Below, in pieces: positions 1-24,679 of a DNA stretch of 64,000 bases. Source of the DNA: Phoronis australis (taxonomy: Eukaryota; Animalia; Phoronida); assembly GCA_002633005.1 (NCBI GenBank), contig NMRA01000219.1, positions 477,251 through 541,250 on the forward strand, given 5' to 3'. Below the pieces are notes generated by a model. That model ran no database searches and was not told the origin of the DNA. It saw only the letters and a program-made list of their open reading frames with translations. A program made the position numbers and the translations under genes. How positions within the stretch are numbered: the first letter of the stretch is position 1; the number at the start of each line of letters is the position of its first letter.

Positions 1-1728
1 GGCACTCATTTGTTGTTAGAAGTCGCTACCATTGAGTTTCAGTCTGACCAACACTATGAAATTGCTTGGTTCAATGATCTTATTGCTTGGTCTTTGTTGG
101 CCGTCACAGCCCTGAAACAAAATATCCCCGTGTCGCAGTTTTTTACCCTGTTTAAGAATAAGTCGTCTTTTGTTAATCGGAATAATGCCGAGCGCCGGTT
201 ATACTAAACAGTGAATCGAAAGTTTATCGGGTTTAATACGCAGACCGACGACTTTAGGACGAGACACAAGCGGAAAGGTTACAACCAAACCCGCACCGNN
301 NNNNNNNNNNNNNNNNNNNNNNNNNNNNNNNNNNNNNNNNNNNNNNNNNNNNNNNNNNNNNNNNNNNNNNNNNNNNNNNNNNNNNNNNNNNNNNNNNNNN
401 NNNNNNNNNNNNNNNNNNNNNNNNNNNNNNNNNNNNNNNNNNNNNNNNNNNNNNNNNNNNNNNNNNNNNNNNNNNNNNNNNNNNNNNNNNNNNNNNNNNN
501 NNNNNNNNNNNNNNNNNNNNNNNNNNNNNNNNNNNNNNNNNNNNNNNNNNNNNNNNNNNNNNNNNNNNNNNNNNNNNNNNNNNNNNNNNNNNNNNNNNNN
601 NNNNNNNNNNNNNNNNNNNNNNNNNNNNNNNNNNNNNNNNNNNNNNNNNNNNNNNNNNNNNNNNNNNNNNNNNNNNNNNNNNNNNNNNNNNNNNNNNNNN
701 NNNNNNNNNNNNNNNNNNNNNNNNNNNNNNNNNNNNNNNNNNNNNNNNNNNNNNNNNNNNNNNNNNNNNNNNNNNNNNNNNNNNNNNNNNNNNNNNNNNN
801 NNNNNNNNNNNNNNNNNNNNNNNNNNNNNNNNNNNNNNNNNNNNNNNNNNNNNNNNNNNNNNNNNNNNNNNNNNNNNNNNNNNNNNNNNNNNNNNNNNNN
901 NNNNNNNNNNNNNNNNNNNNNNNNNNNNNNNNNNNNNNNNNNNNNNNNNNNNNNNNNNNNNNNNNNNNNNNNNNNNNNNNNNNNNNNNNNNNNNNNNNNN
1001 NNNNNNNNNNNNNNNNNNNNNNNNNNNNNNNNNNNNNNNNNNNNNNNNNNNNNNNNNNNNNNNNNNNGGTTTATCTTCTATTGAACTAGACTGTAGCCTA
1101 TTTCTTATTGATTTATGACATCTAAGTTCGTCATATGAATGTTGTGATGTTGTTCATCATCGCCACCACCGTCATCATATTCGTCATCATCGTCACCATC
1201 TTCGTAATCATCTCCGTCGTCATGTCTTTTCTGTTAATTTCGCCAAGTGTCGCTCAAAACTGTAGGCTTTTTCTTACTGATTTCGGACTTCAACATTCGT
1301 CATGTGTATGTTGTTATTACTTCTTTTGTTCAACCTCGCCACCATCGTCGTCATATTCGTCATCTTCGTCATCATCTTTATCGTCATCTCCTTGGTTAAT
1401 TTCGCCAAGGTTCGCTCCTCGGAGCGCTTTCATTTTATGGGTCACTCCGTTGTTAGAAGTCGCTACCATTGAGTTTCAGTCTGACCAGCATTGCTTGGTA
1501 CAATGAGCTTATTGCTTGGTCTTTGTTGGCCGTCACAGCCCTGAAACAAAATATCCCCGTGCCGCAGTTTTTTACCCTGTTTAAGAATAAGTCGTCTTTT
1601 GTTAATCGGAATAATGCCGAGCGCCGGTTAAACTAAACAGTGAATCGAAAGTTTATCGGGTTTAATACGCAGACCGACGACTTTAACAACGACGAGACGG
1701 AAGCGGAAAGGTTACAACCAAACCCACG
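1..1728. repeat. ~290-bp direct repeat on both sides of the gap (1-298 and ~1440-1728), plus degenerate (ATC/GTC)n tracts at ~1155-1390
   Basis: Near-identical sequence ttgttagaagtcgctaccattgag...ggttacaaccaaaccc on both sides of the N run. Confidence 0.85.
299..1067. other. Assembly gap (N run)
   Basis: Continuous Ns; the 292-aa ORF at 211-1089 is an artefact of them. Confidence 0.99.
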
Positions 1729-3240
1729 GTCGTACGAACAACAAACAATACAATAGAGGAGTTCAGTTGTACACAATGCAATCAAAGCTTGAGTTCCATG
1801 CAGATCACAGTACTCAAAACGCCGTGAGTGAAATAAGTTTGGCAGTATTAACAAACATGAATTATTGGTCTTTTTACAACAGTGCTAATATGCAGTTAAC
1901 AGTTCTTTGACTCAATAGTTAAAGCTGCCCATTTCGCTCCGTAAGTTTAGCTATCAAAGTCGATTTTTTTAACCGAAGTGCTTTGGGGTTTAAAAACATC
2001 ACCACCCTCATCCGATCTTGAAGTTTTTCCGAATGAGCCTGCAACTCAAATCACAGTTAATGTGTACAGAAGCCATTTTGGAATCCGCAACTGTAGAGCT
2101 GGCCAACAAATTCATACCCCTGAGGGAGTGTTCTCTCAAGTTGCTAGTGGTTTCGATGTTCTTGTTGGTTTTGGAAATAAAATAGAGTCCAGCTGTCACA
2201 GCAAGGAGTATTGCTGGACCGATTTTATGAGAATGAAAGTCCTAATTCGTTTTTTAGCCATCAAAATGAAGCTTCATTAGTTAAACTTAATTTGCTGAGG
2301 CGTTGCTTCGGCAGGTCAAAAAATGGCCAACGAGCGATTTTCCACTGTCGAGACGCCACCAAAAGCTCGTGCACATCGAATGTGTTAACCGCACACGTCA
2401 CAAAGGCCACGACACTAACAGAAGGCTGTGGGAGTCCCTTATATGAAAACCACCTACAGCTAAAGCTAAATTGGCTAGAAAACTAAACAAAGAAAAAAAT
2501 AAATAATTCTCTTAAACAATATGCCATTCAATGTATACTTTTATTAACCGAACCGCAGTTTAGTCAACTACGGTGATGACATACAATATAAGCTAGGCAC
2601 TGAGAGCACTGATAAGCCGTAAAATGTGTCAATTTCGTAAAATGTAACAATTGTTACGTTTTACGTCATTGGTACATTGGTTCAGTAATGTTATGACCTA
2701 CGCTGAGACCTCGCTAAAAAGCAAGACTTCGCGAGATTGCGCAAGATATTCCCGTGTATTTTAAATGAGAACATGTCATTTTTGTTAGATTTTTCTAGCT
2801 GCGAGAGAGCTACTGAGCTCTACCAAGAGGTTCCAAACTACGGCCCNACAAAGTTTCAAACACCGTCCTCACACCACACATTTTCCTGAATAGTGTAGCA
2901 CACAATAACAGATTCCTTGTGAGTGAAAACTATTGTCGATTCCAGCATTCCAAGAGGCAGAAACTAAATTTTTCCTTTCCCTTTCTCAGTGGAGGCAAAT
3001 ATCCAGAATGGACACTTGCGGGTTTCCAAACTGAACAGAAAATGGGGACTAAACACCATATCACTGTATAACATCGCACAGAGTCTGTAGCTCTGCACGT
3101 GGGAAACCACCGTGAGGTCTTACAAACCTCAACCGAATTGTCGCTGTGCCGTAACGCCGCGGGAAGTGAGACAAAAATCTCTTTCAAAAACGCCAATCAG
3201 AACTAATCCAACAAGAATTTCATCGAAGCTTGCTTAAGGC

Positions 3241-3383
3241 CGGGTAGAGTTCAATAACGCTAGAACGTCACTAAAAAGCAAGCCTTTCACGAGATTACGC
3301 GAGACATTGCCGTGTTTCAAATGAGAATGTGTGACTTTGGCTAGCGGATTTTCTCACCGCGATACCGAGCCACTCTACCCAGG
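3241..3383. mobile_element. Short MITE family with GGGTAGAGT termini; related copies at ~2690-2830, ~31908-32057 and ~54171-54262
   Basis: cgggtagagttca...actctacccagg termini; shared internal aaaaagcaag..cgagattacgcgaga motif in all copies. Confidence 0.65.
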
Positions 3384-4198
3384 TTTCCTCTGATGAGACG
3401 TCTTGCAAGCAAACATTTTCTGTTTCGGCGTGGTGAATAGTTAGTGACAGCTTGATAGTTGTTAAGTTACTGAATTGGTAAATACATTTCTTGGTAGCCT
3501 AAATGTGTCCTTGGGGATTGTTCGATTCCACTGTGACCGCAAGGAAGTGAAATAGTTCACGACTTCGTCTCTCGAGGGTCCGAATTATTGATGCTGAAGA
3601 TTCAGTAGCGAATCCTGGATTTTGTCCATGGTGTTCGACTAGGGACAAACGTAGAGGTGCTGAGATGCCTCCATTACAGCAATAAAAACCTGAACCCTTG
3701 GACCTATCTGTGGGTTCGCACGTGGGAATTGCTTACATCTATCCTACAACAGCAACGTCACCCTAACAGAACCAACATCGATAACATTCGATTGTCTTTG
3801 TCAAACGGTATGCTAAAATACCATTTTCCGGATTAAAATGTTGAGGCGCAAATCTATAGTTCAAGTATCGCCACAAGATTTAGCCGTCACTTAGTGGCAA
3901 CAAACGACCTTGAAGCTTAAACTTATAAAGCAAGCGTATTGATAGTTAAGTCAAGAACAAACAAAATAACTTAAACTATATACATGTTTATTATCTTATC
4001 AAAGTTCATATTTAAAATTGCATGACATATTTGATTCATCAGATAGTCCTGCACAGGGTATAAAAAATAGTATAGTATCCAACTGTTAGAGAGAACGTCA
4101 AGTAGAAAATTACAATTTATTAATTTATTCAATTAATTCTAATTGTACGTTTCTCCTGAACAATGCATTAACAATCACCGAAGGTCATTTAAGATATT

Positions 4199-15134
<10,936 letters not shown>

Positions 15135-15789
15135 ACCGAGATAGCTTCACGAGTGATGTATCTAATCAAGTCTTGCACATATAAGGATCAACTACACAGT
15201 CCAGCCCTTTTATCACAGTCAATATAAGGATCAGACTTCGCTTATTTTAAGCACCGGGGTTTCCCTACTGCAGGTCAATGTGTCATAACCGTGAATAAAC
15301 ATTGTGTACATTGTGCTTCAGACGGCGCTGTGCGCCTTATAAGGGCAGGAGGGAAACGAACGAGATTCAAATCCATAATTACTGGCCATTTTTGGCAATG
15401 ACGTTTTCATCACCATAGTCACGGTTTTGCTCATGTCGTCATGCAGTTGCTGTGTAATACCAGGAGTACATTACCTGGAAGACATCACCTGGTAACTTGT
15501 CTTCGCGGACCAAATATAGACATAGCCTATTGATCCAGGCTGTTGCACTGCCGTATACGGACTAAAACAGTAGTATGTCACTATTGGACTATTGATAAGT
15601 TGCAGCTGAAGCCGTGTTTATTCACTTCCACGTCATGAAACTAAACGTATTACGAAGCATTTGTATCATACCAGAACTTGTGATCCTGATTTTGGAACTA
15701 AAATTTAAATTAAAATATGGAGCCCAAACGATTATTTTCATAGCTTCACAAGATACTGTTGTCGAACTTATACATTAAATAATAATCGT

Positions 15790-16802
15790 TGATTATCTTC
15801 GATCACCGAGACTGAAAAGGTGATTTTATGCTTTTGTTTTAATCCTCGTGTTTGGTCTGTTAATCACCAATCACGCGAAATATTTGTGACATCAAAATGT
15901 TCAGAGGGGAAGAATGGCGGCAAGTCCATTGATCTGTGCAGCGTTCGGCAAAATCCAATGAGAACTGTTCAGTGCCTCTCCATTCTGCGTGGCGATCAAC
16001 ATCCGCCTCTCACAAGTGGCACTGAACAGTTAGGCTGCTTTGCACTCCCAAAATATTAAAATCTAGGGGTAGGCCAGGCTTGGGGGCAATTTTGCGTTAG
16101 GTATTGCATGTAGGCCAAGTCGAATGTGCTTTTTTGTATTTGTGAACATGTCGAGAATGAAAAAGACCACTGGGCTGTCGCTGCACTCTTATTCAAGATG
16201 GCGGCCCCCTGTTGCAATTGTGCATTGCTGGGTAGCGACTGAGAAATTGGCCGTGATTTCAGGTAGCTCTCAAACAAGCCAGATTTGCAAAAAAANTGAT
16301 TATCTTCGATCACCGAGACTGAAAAGGTGATTTTATGCTTTTGTTTTAATCCTCGTGTTTGGTCTGTTAATCACCAATCACGCGAAATATTTGTGACATC
16401 AAAATGTTCAGAGGGGAAGAATGGCGGCAAGTCCATTGATGTGTGCAGCGTTCGGCAAAATCCAATGAGAACTGTTCAGTGCCTCTCCATTCTGTGTGGC
16501 GATCAACATCCGCCTTTCACAAGTGGCACTGAACAGTTAGGTTGCTTTGCACTCCCAAAATATTAAAATCTAGGGGTAGGCCAGGCTTGGGGGCAATTTT
16601 GCGTTAGGTATTGCATGTAGGCCAAGTGAATGTGCTTTTTTTGTATTTGTGAACATGTCGAGAATGAAAAAGACCACTGGGCTGTCGCTGCACTCTTCTT
16701 CAAGATGGCGGCCCCCTGTTGCAATTGTGCATTGCTGGGTAGCGACTGTGAAATTGGCCGTGATTTCAGGTAGCTCTCAAACAAGCCAGATTTGCAAAAA
16801 AA
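15790..16802. repeat. Tandem ~507-bp duplication joined by a single N (16296); probable haplotype/assembly artefact
   Basis: Two near-identical copies abut at one N; identical twin ORFs at 15820 and 16327. Confidence 0.85.
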
Positions 16803-17633
16803 CAAAAAAAAACTAGTTGGTTGACAGTACTTTTTGATCACATTTTTGGAATCGGTAAGAAGTTTTCTTTCGGAATCCTATGTTGGCTTTAGTCGAGCAT
16901 TTTGCATTTTGCCCCTATTTTTCTTAGTCTAGCTTGGTTTTCAGCAGCCAAGTGAAAGGGACAAAAATACAAGAGAGAATAAAGTTTCTGTGCCCAGTGT
17001 AGAGCTTGTGATGTGAAATGACTCAAAAGTTTTCATTCTTTGCGTGCAGTTTTGTGAGAGTGAAGAACGGGTGACGAATCCATTGACGTGTGTTCTAATA
17101 GACAAACACCTGTGAGAACTGTTCTGTGCCCCCACATGGCCAATGTCCCCCGTGTAAGTGGTGGTGTGACTGCTAGAGAATAATGGGCTGTTATCTGCGT
17201 GTCTGCTGCCGGCACAGGTGGTCGTCATGACTGAGGGTAGTGTAATACCTTCAAATGCTGTAATGCCATTCGAACGGGGAGCATATTCAAGCCATCAAGA
17301 TTTGAGTGAGAACTTGCCTTTAAAAAGTTTGAAAATTGTAAACTTTCTTAACTTAACTAAATATTATGCAAGTCATCACTATTTTGGTCCTATCACATAT
17401 TTCTTTTGAGAATGCTTGAAAACGGGATGCCAACGGCTCTATTGGTCAACGTCCCGTAGGGGTGATGGCGTAGCCCTAAAAAATTCGCATATGAGAAAAC
17501 TGATAGAGTTGCCCCAGCTAAACGTTGGGAAATTGTTTATAGCTTATAATGACGTCACAAACACTTAGTGTCGTTTCCAACCTTCACCAAATTCCACTGC
17601 ACGTGCTGTTAACTCACGTGACCTATTGCCGAA

Positions 17634-20600
17634 ATGCCCAAATTGTACGTTATGTCGCCGGGATCTTCCTGTAGATCAATCATGATGGCAATAAAGGCCG
17701 CCGGCGTCAAAGGTGTTGAAGTTATTGAGGTCAAAGAGGAAGACCTAAAGACTGAAGAGTACATGAAAGTAAAATTTTAACATGTGATCGAATTTCTCAG
17801 AAAATCTGTTCAACCGCAAAAAAGAGTAGCAAGTCTTAGCTTTGCAAAGCCGCAGGGATGGGAATGAAAATGAATCCTAATCACTTGCAGAGTTCAGTGG
17901 CGGATTTAGAGGGGGCCAAGGGGCCATGGCCTCTCTAAAATTCTACCAGATTCCATTTGGCAGTAGGCTNGGGTCTTTGATCCGAATTGATTCTTTCGCA
18001 ACGAATTTGAGAGGAGTCTGTGCAACCTTAGTATAAAATGCTTGCTTTTGCCTAGTGTGCAGCCTGCTGTATGAACCCGGTGCCGATATGTTCAAAAGAG
18101 ATTTCCGAGGCAGTTGTTCTGGGTTTTGGCTTTAGTTTTTGCTTAGGGAAGTTTTTATCAAAGAGTGAGATTAAAGGGCACATGAGCAGACGTAATTAAG
18201 ATTTTTATCGACACAAACTCACGAACGGATATTTACCAAGTGTCGGGCAACGTACTAGCCAGTGATAAATAGGTCAAGGGGCCATTTCCGTAATGCAAGC
18301 TCGCAAATGAAAGCTTGTAAAATCACGTTCTTCGTGTTTTGCATGATATCTCGCGAATACTTTCAAGATTTCGCCAAACTTAGTGGAAAAACGCAGGCTA
18401 GATTTCTGAGACAACTAGGGTTGCCTGCTGGCGTTGCACTTATGTCGTATTCAGATGTGGAAGTTTTATAAGATAGCAGGTGCCTGGCTGCCCGGCCAGT
18501 GTTCAGACTATTGTTTGGCTAAAAATCAGTTTACGTGTGACTTCAGTAGCCTGTTTCTCGAAATCAGGTTAAGGCTAAAAGTAAGAATATCTGTCTGTAA
18601 CTCAAAGCCAAAGGACTGAATCCGCACCCAAGCTGTTCGGCAGCAGCCATGAGACTATAAGGCAAAATAAGTCAAAAATCAACTTTTGGCTATAGATTAT
18701 AAACAGGCCCCTCATCAGAAAGCAGGTCAGGGACATTGTTGTTTTTATGGTCGAAAAACACAGTTTTGGGATTATTGTTGAAATCTGTTGTCTTCTGTGA
18801 TTTTATTTCTAATCGCCAACTCTTGCCATTTAGACAGTGGGCCCGGTAAAGCTATGAGGAACTTTGAAAAGGGTCGTGTAGGCCGGCCTATACTTTCATT
18901 GAGGTGTTTCCCCCTCACACATAGGTGTAGTTTCCTAATATAAAAAGCTCCTGCGTTTAAATATGCCCAGTTTCATTATCATAATGCCTACCAATTTTGT
19001 AAAAAAATGACAAAATGTTGAAATTTAGAGTTCGCGTTCAACGAGTCATTATTAATGAAATACAAGCGAGCCAAATAGGTCAAAAAAGATTTTTTAAACC
19101 ACACCGCTACCAAGCGGTAGAATATGAAACTACCTTTAAATACAACTACCTGGACCGTTTATGTTTATGCTAAACAAGTGACTAATTTAGATTTCAAGCT
19201 GTTTCAATTTAACGAGTAACACTTTTCAAACAATTTGATGTGAAAATATATTGAGCATTGTGAAGCACAAAGCTGTTATATTCCCTGTTTATTAAGATAT
19301 AAAAGAGGCCAATAAATAAATATGATAAATATTTACCAGAATTTTCGTTTGCTCATTTCTCATTTAAGTCAACAGCAGTCTTCCTATATTCCAACAGTAT
19401 ACAAAGATGTGATGAAAATTGTTTGGAAAGTTGATTTTTGTAAAGTTATTGAAGTACTGACACCATTCATTTACTCATACAATTGGTGTTGTCAGTGAAT
19501 ATTTGCTTAAAAGTTGCTTTGGTAAAGGACGTGTTTTTAAACATTAGGTAAAACGTACACCAACAGAACTCAGTTTGCGGTATGCTAAATGTTGTTGCAA
19601 TTCCATTAAATGCCGTTGGTGTCGTGCTTATCGTCACCGCTGTATAAGGCATATCAAACAAACAAAATTTATTACGTTGTTCGCATGCTGATATAAATTT
19701 GATTTACGTGTATGCTGAAATGATTGAAATTGTCGCAGAAAAAGAAACTTCAAATGTGAAATCAGCTTCCGCTTGTAGAGTCCGTGCGTCCACTACTTAA
19801 TGTAGGTCAGGTGATTACTAAAGACCAGAAACAATGTAATTGTGACTCCACTGCAAGTTTAATATACTCTTTCGGCTTCATGTTCGTTAGAATCAGTACA
19901 AAACGAATCAGTATATTTAACCAAACACCCAGTTGCCAAAAAAGACCGCGATTTAATCGTTTTTTTTTTCAATGAAATGATAGAGATCTTGATTTTGACG
20001 ACTGGGTTTTTGGTCGAAATAGACCTTGCTAATTTTTTTCCAGACACCCGATTGTATCAAATAGAAATAAATATGGAGATAGAATTTTTAAGTTTCATGT
20101 CACGTATGCAGNTTACTAAAGACCAAAAACAATGTAATTGTGACTCCACTGCAAGTTTAATATAGTACTCTTTCGGCTTCATGTTCGTTAAAACAGTACA
20201 AAACGAATCAGTATATTTCACCAAACACCCAGTTGCCAAAAAAAGACCGCGATTTAATCGTTTTTTTTTTCAATGAAATGATAGAGATCTTGATTTTGAC
20301 GACTGGGTTTTTGGTCGAAATAGACCTTGCTAATTTTTTTCCAGACACCCGATTGTATCAAATAGAAATAAATATGGAGATAGAATTTTTAAGTTTCATG
20401 TCACGTATGCAGATGCAACTTACCCCGCTCCGAACTTGGAAAAATGGCAATCTAAGAAAAAAAAAACAGTTACGTGATTACAAACAGCAAGGTATTATTT
20501 TCGTGCGCACAGCAGTTTTCTGTGATTATCAATCTGAAAATATATAGTTTCATGGGTTAACGAATTGTATTTTAAAAGATATTTTAAAAAGGATGACTCT

Positions 20601-23600
20601 TGGTAGTGAAGGCATCCAATCATACTTATCTGTGCCGGTCTTAGAATCAACGGGTTCGCTTTTTTCAATGATTTTATTGTGTATAAACATGTACACTTAT
20701 AAAACTAATGAGATATTTGGAGACTCGTTGTATTTTGTCAAGAGCAGTTTTTACTTCTCAATCAGACGAACAGCTCGGTTCAAAGACCCTTTAAAAGTTG
20801 TCCTGCTTTTGTCTTTGTGGCCTGTTGTTAAAATGCTATATAGGCATAAGGAAATTCAAATAAATTCGAAATCGATGCTTAAATTTCCACGATCAAAATC
20901 CGTCAATTTATCAACCGTTGTGTTTTCAGATGAACCCCAAAGGAAACGTTCCCACTTTAGACGACAATGGTTTCTATCTCTGGGAAAGGTGGGATTTCAG
21001 TGTCATTTTCTTCAAAAAAATGTCTATTACAAAATAAAATGCTAATTCAATAAAACATTTGAATTTGAAACCAATATATTAAATTCCCATCAAAATGAGA
21101 AATAAACAATAAGCGTGCATTATATTTGCAAATGGCATTGCATTATTTTCTGTTCGAACCTTTGATTTAACATCAATTAAACATTTGAAATGGTACCACG
21201 TGCGGCAGATTGTTAGTCCTTAAACATTCCGTAGTGACTGGAAATGAACTTCTATATCAAGAGAAGACATTTCCTTTGCACCGAAAGATGGCGCTGCTGT
21301 ATTTCCACTTCTTTAAGATTACCATGATTGCGACTGTCCGCCAACGAGTTTTAACACGCCTGATACGCCGTAAAATGTAACAATTGTTACAATGTCATTG
21401 TTACATTTTACGTTGCTAGGCCTCTCCTAAAATGTAACAAGTTGTTACATTTTATGTAATTGTTACAATTTACGTCGAATGCACATGCGCGAAATGTACC
21501 ATTGTTACATTTTACGAAAGCGACGTCATATTTCATGAGTTTGCATGGTATTTGTCACACGGAGGAAAACCGTTGACACACTTAATGCCTTCTTTCTCGG
21601 ATAGTGTGAATGAAATTCTATCAAATGTGCCAGGTCGACTTGGCAGATGTGTCCCTATGCACTTTCCACGTTTTTTTAACATGAGTAGTTTTATGATGTC
21701 TAACCTGCCTGAAATAGCGGTGGTAACAACAGATGCAACCGTGACGTGTATACGTAAAAATGGGATGCCTAGCTGGGGAAATAAAAAATATTTTGCACTC
21801 TGAAAGGACATAATCAGTTTGCTCAAACCTGGTCTAGTTCGATAATTCAAAGGGACAATAGTTCAAAGAAGCTTACTGGACGTGAAGTCACGTGTCTCAT
21901 GAGGAGCCACTTTTTGTGTTGCAGCTCGCAGATAAGGAAATTTGGTACATTAATCCTTTTGATGTATTGCATTAAATGCTCATATTAAACATCACTGACT
22001 TCCACGTTGGCGGTTTTTGTTCTATGCGATCCACTTTCAAACACCTTCTCATTTGAAATGAGCTTTTCTCAAATAAATGAGCTTCGAAAAAAGGACTTAA
22101 ATTGAATACTTAATAAGGTATTGCCCAGACAATGCCACACTTGCATATTCATTAAACGGTCTACCCTATATATATATATAGGGTATACCACTAGCGTCAT
22201 TCGTTTGAGTGGTCTATCCTATATATATATATATAGGATAGACCGATTAATGAATTTGCAAGTGTGGCATTGTCTGGGAAATACCTTATTAAGTATTCAA
22301 TTTAAGTCCTTTTTTCGAAGCTCATTTATTTGAGAAAAGCTCATTTCAAATGAGAAGGTGTTTTTCAATGAAACCTAGTTCAAGTCATTCTGTTAAATCA
22401 CTGCGTTTTTCTAAGAATATTGGGGCCCATTCCACGTAAAATCGTTGCGTGTTTTGTATGTCCGTTACCAACTATTCTAATGACCCGGTGACCGCAGCCG
22501 ACTAATCGTTAGAATTGCCGAAAATGTCTGCCTCCAGAGTTCAACTTAACGCAATTTTTCAACTTACACATCATCATGGAACGATCCCCAGTTCTTTAAC
22601 AAGGAATGTTTTCAACAAGTCAGAGACAATATTGAGGTCTGAATTCGTTTTTTTTGGCAAACTACAGATGAATATAGTTATATTTACAAAGTCTGCTTGC
22701 CGATAGTTCAGAAATAATCAATTTTTGAAGTTGGTGCACGCCTAAACAAGATTTTGAATCTCAGCCTCCTCGTTTCCAAAAACTAGGCCTACTCTGCATC
22801 CACAGCTGCCAAGACGTTCCTCGCAATATCGTTAAAGCTGAACATAGCAGCACCTTTAAAATCCTTTTGGAACATCACTGGCCGTCCACTATGGAAAGCC
22901 CGATGGCAACATTGAACCACAAATGAGATGATTTTAAGATCTTTGAAAAGCATGATGTATCAGGACTTTGCTAAACATGTATTGTGTCCTTAATCAATAA
23001 ATTTAAAAATATTAATAATAATAATAATAATAATAATAACGAAAACGAAGCGATAACGAGTAATACTAGTGATAGTAGTAATAGCATTAATAGTAGTAAT
23101 AGTAGTGATGGTAATGTGATACTAATAAAAATGATAATAGGTAGCGAAATTCATGTCGTGTCAGCCGGTCTCATTCCTAGAGAAGATGTATACGAAAAGT
23201 GCAGCCCAAAAGGGTGTTTTTTTCACAAAAAATATTCTCCAAAATGGTGCAATTTCCGACAAGGATAGCTTTCCTGAATTTCTGAACCAGAAGTGTGCGA
23301 AAATATGAATTTTTACACAAATTAGTCTCTAAACGGGTCACTTTTTTGTTCGAGCTCACTCTCTAAACGGGTGAGTATTTAAATTTTTCGGGCGACACTC
23401 CTCATCTAAAAATACTCCAGTACCCCTTGCCGTGTCAGATACCACTTGTTCGTGATTTTGGTCATTTTCTTTGCAATATGACGCGGGTTTCGTAAAATGT
23501 AACAATGGTTCATTTCTCGCATGTGCGTTTGACGTGAAATGTAACAACCACGTAAAATGTAACAACTTGTTACATTTTAGGAGAGCCTTAGCAACGTAAA

Positions 23601-24679
23601 ATGTAACAGTTGTTACATTTTACGTTATTGTTACATTTTACGTCATTGTTACATTTTACGAAATTGTTACATTTTACGGCGTATCACACGCCTCCACGTC
23701 TTCCAAGCGACACGTGTATAGATGCAGACAATTTTCCTTTCTCCCTCTAATCTAAGAACTGATGGACATTTAAATTGACCTGCCGTGTAGGCATGTGAGC
23801 GTCGTTGAAAATACGGCGGTTCATTTCCTTGCAAATTCTTAGCACGAAAATGTATTTTCGGCTCATTGTGCGATGTGTGTAAGTTAACGTTATCTATTTT
23901 GTCCTTTGCCTCTTTTTCAGTCAGCCTATCATGACATACTTGCTGCAGAAGTACTGTGACCCGACACCTATTTATCCCAAATGCATCAAAAAGAGGGCGC
24001 TGGTTGACCGTCTACTTTATTTTGACTCTGGAATCGTCAACAAAGCCGTAGTTGAATGGATTGTGAGTTAGCCACTACACTGTCTTGAAACATTCAATTT
24101 TAGTAGACTGGCTACCAAGTGGTAAAAACAAGGCGAAGTTCACCTAAGCATTCAGAACAATAACACAGCATTCCAGAATGGCCTTAAGTTGAAATAGGTT
24201 AAATAAATTTGAAACAGTATAATTTGTATGAAGGGCGCTGCACTATTCACTTCACTATGTATTTTGCAGCTCTGCAATTCAATTTTATTATTTGAAATCT
24301 GAAATATTCAAAGCAGCTATGCAATGCCATTCACCGCCTTTGTATTTTTCAGCATCCGTTCATTTACGGGACGGAACCGTGTCAAGAAAAAACTGATGCT
24401 CTCAGAAAGGCAATAAAAAATGTCGACGATATTCTTGAAGACAAGAAGTGGGCGGTTGGCGACACATTCACTCTCGCTGACTGCGCTCTGTTGACGTCTT
24501 TAATTACTCTGGAATTCAAGGACTGGGACTTCTTACCGTGGCCCAATGTTGTCAGGTGGCTGACGAACGGAAAGACTCTGCCCTACTTTAACGATTGCAA
24601 TAAAGCCCTGTATGATATGAAAAAGAAATTCCAGAACGACAAAAAGGAACTTCTTGAAAGCGGAACAGTGTGTATTTAA
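17634..24679 (+). CDS. Glutathione S-transferase A (Delta/Theta-like, 220 aa)
   Basis: Exons 17634-17768, 20930-20988, 23921-24062, 24353-24679. Motifs MPKLYVMSPGSSCRSIMM, NPKGNVPTLDDNGFYLWES, VDRLLYFDSG, GDTFTLAD, LPYF. AATAAA at 24702. Confidence 0.9.
19815..20411. repeat. Tandem ~298-bp duplication joined by a single N (20112); probable assembly artefact
   Basis: ttactaaagacc...cacgtatgcag occurs on both sides of the N. Confidence 0.85.
22039..22363. repeat. Near-perfect foldback (~150-bp arms with inner (TA)n), nested in the TIR element
   Basis: aaacaccttctcatttgaaatgagc...ctatatata is mirrored by tatatagg...gctcatttcaaatgagaaggtgttt. Confidence 0.9.
23013..23140. repeat. (AAT)n/(AGT)n low-complexity tract
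   Basis: Direct reading. Confidence 0.8.

Larger units (their letters stand above)
21361..23686. mobile_element. Non-autonomous DNA transposon with long TIRs (TGATACGCCGTAAAATGTAAC...) and a 6-bp TSD CACGCC, in GST A intron 2
   Basis: Termini TGATACGCCGTAAAATGTAACAAT / TTGTTACATTTTACGGCGTATCA; CACGCC at 21355-21360 and 23687-23692; ~170-200-bp arms built from TAAAATGTAACAA subrepeats. Related end fragment at ~2610-2690. Confidence 0.85.

Noticed and set aside
211-1089. 292-aa ORF
   Set aside because: Almost entirely translated Ns.
3490-3535. tRNA/SINE-like B-box (GTTCGATTCC)
   Set aside because: No cloverleaf and no second copy in the window.
15790-16802. Apparent tandem duplications here and at 19815-20411, 37088-37299 and 48599-49655
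   Set aside because: Each is associated with a single N at the end of the first copy and the copies differ by few SNPs/indels, typical of uncollapsed haplotype contig overlaps rather than biology.
20593-21045. 150-aa ORF
   Set aside because: Intronic and overlaps GST A exon 2 in a different frame.
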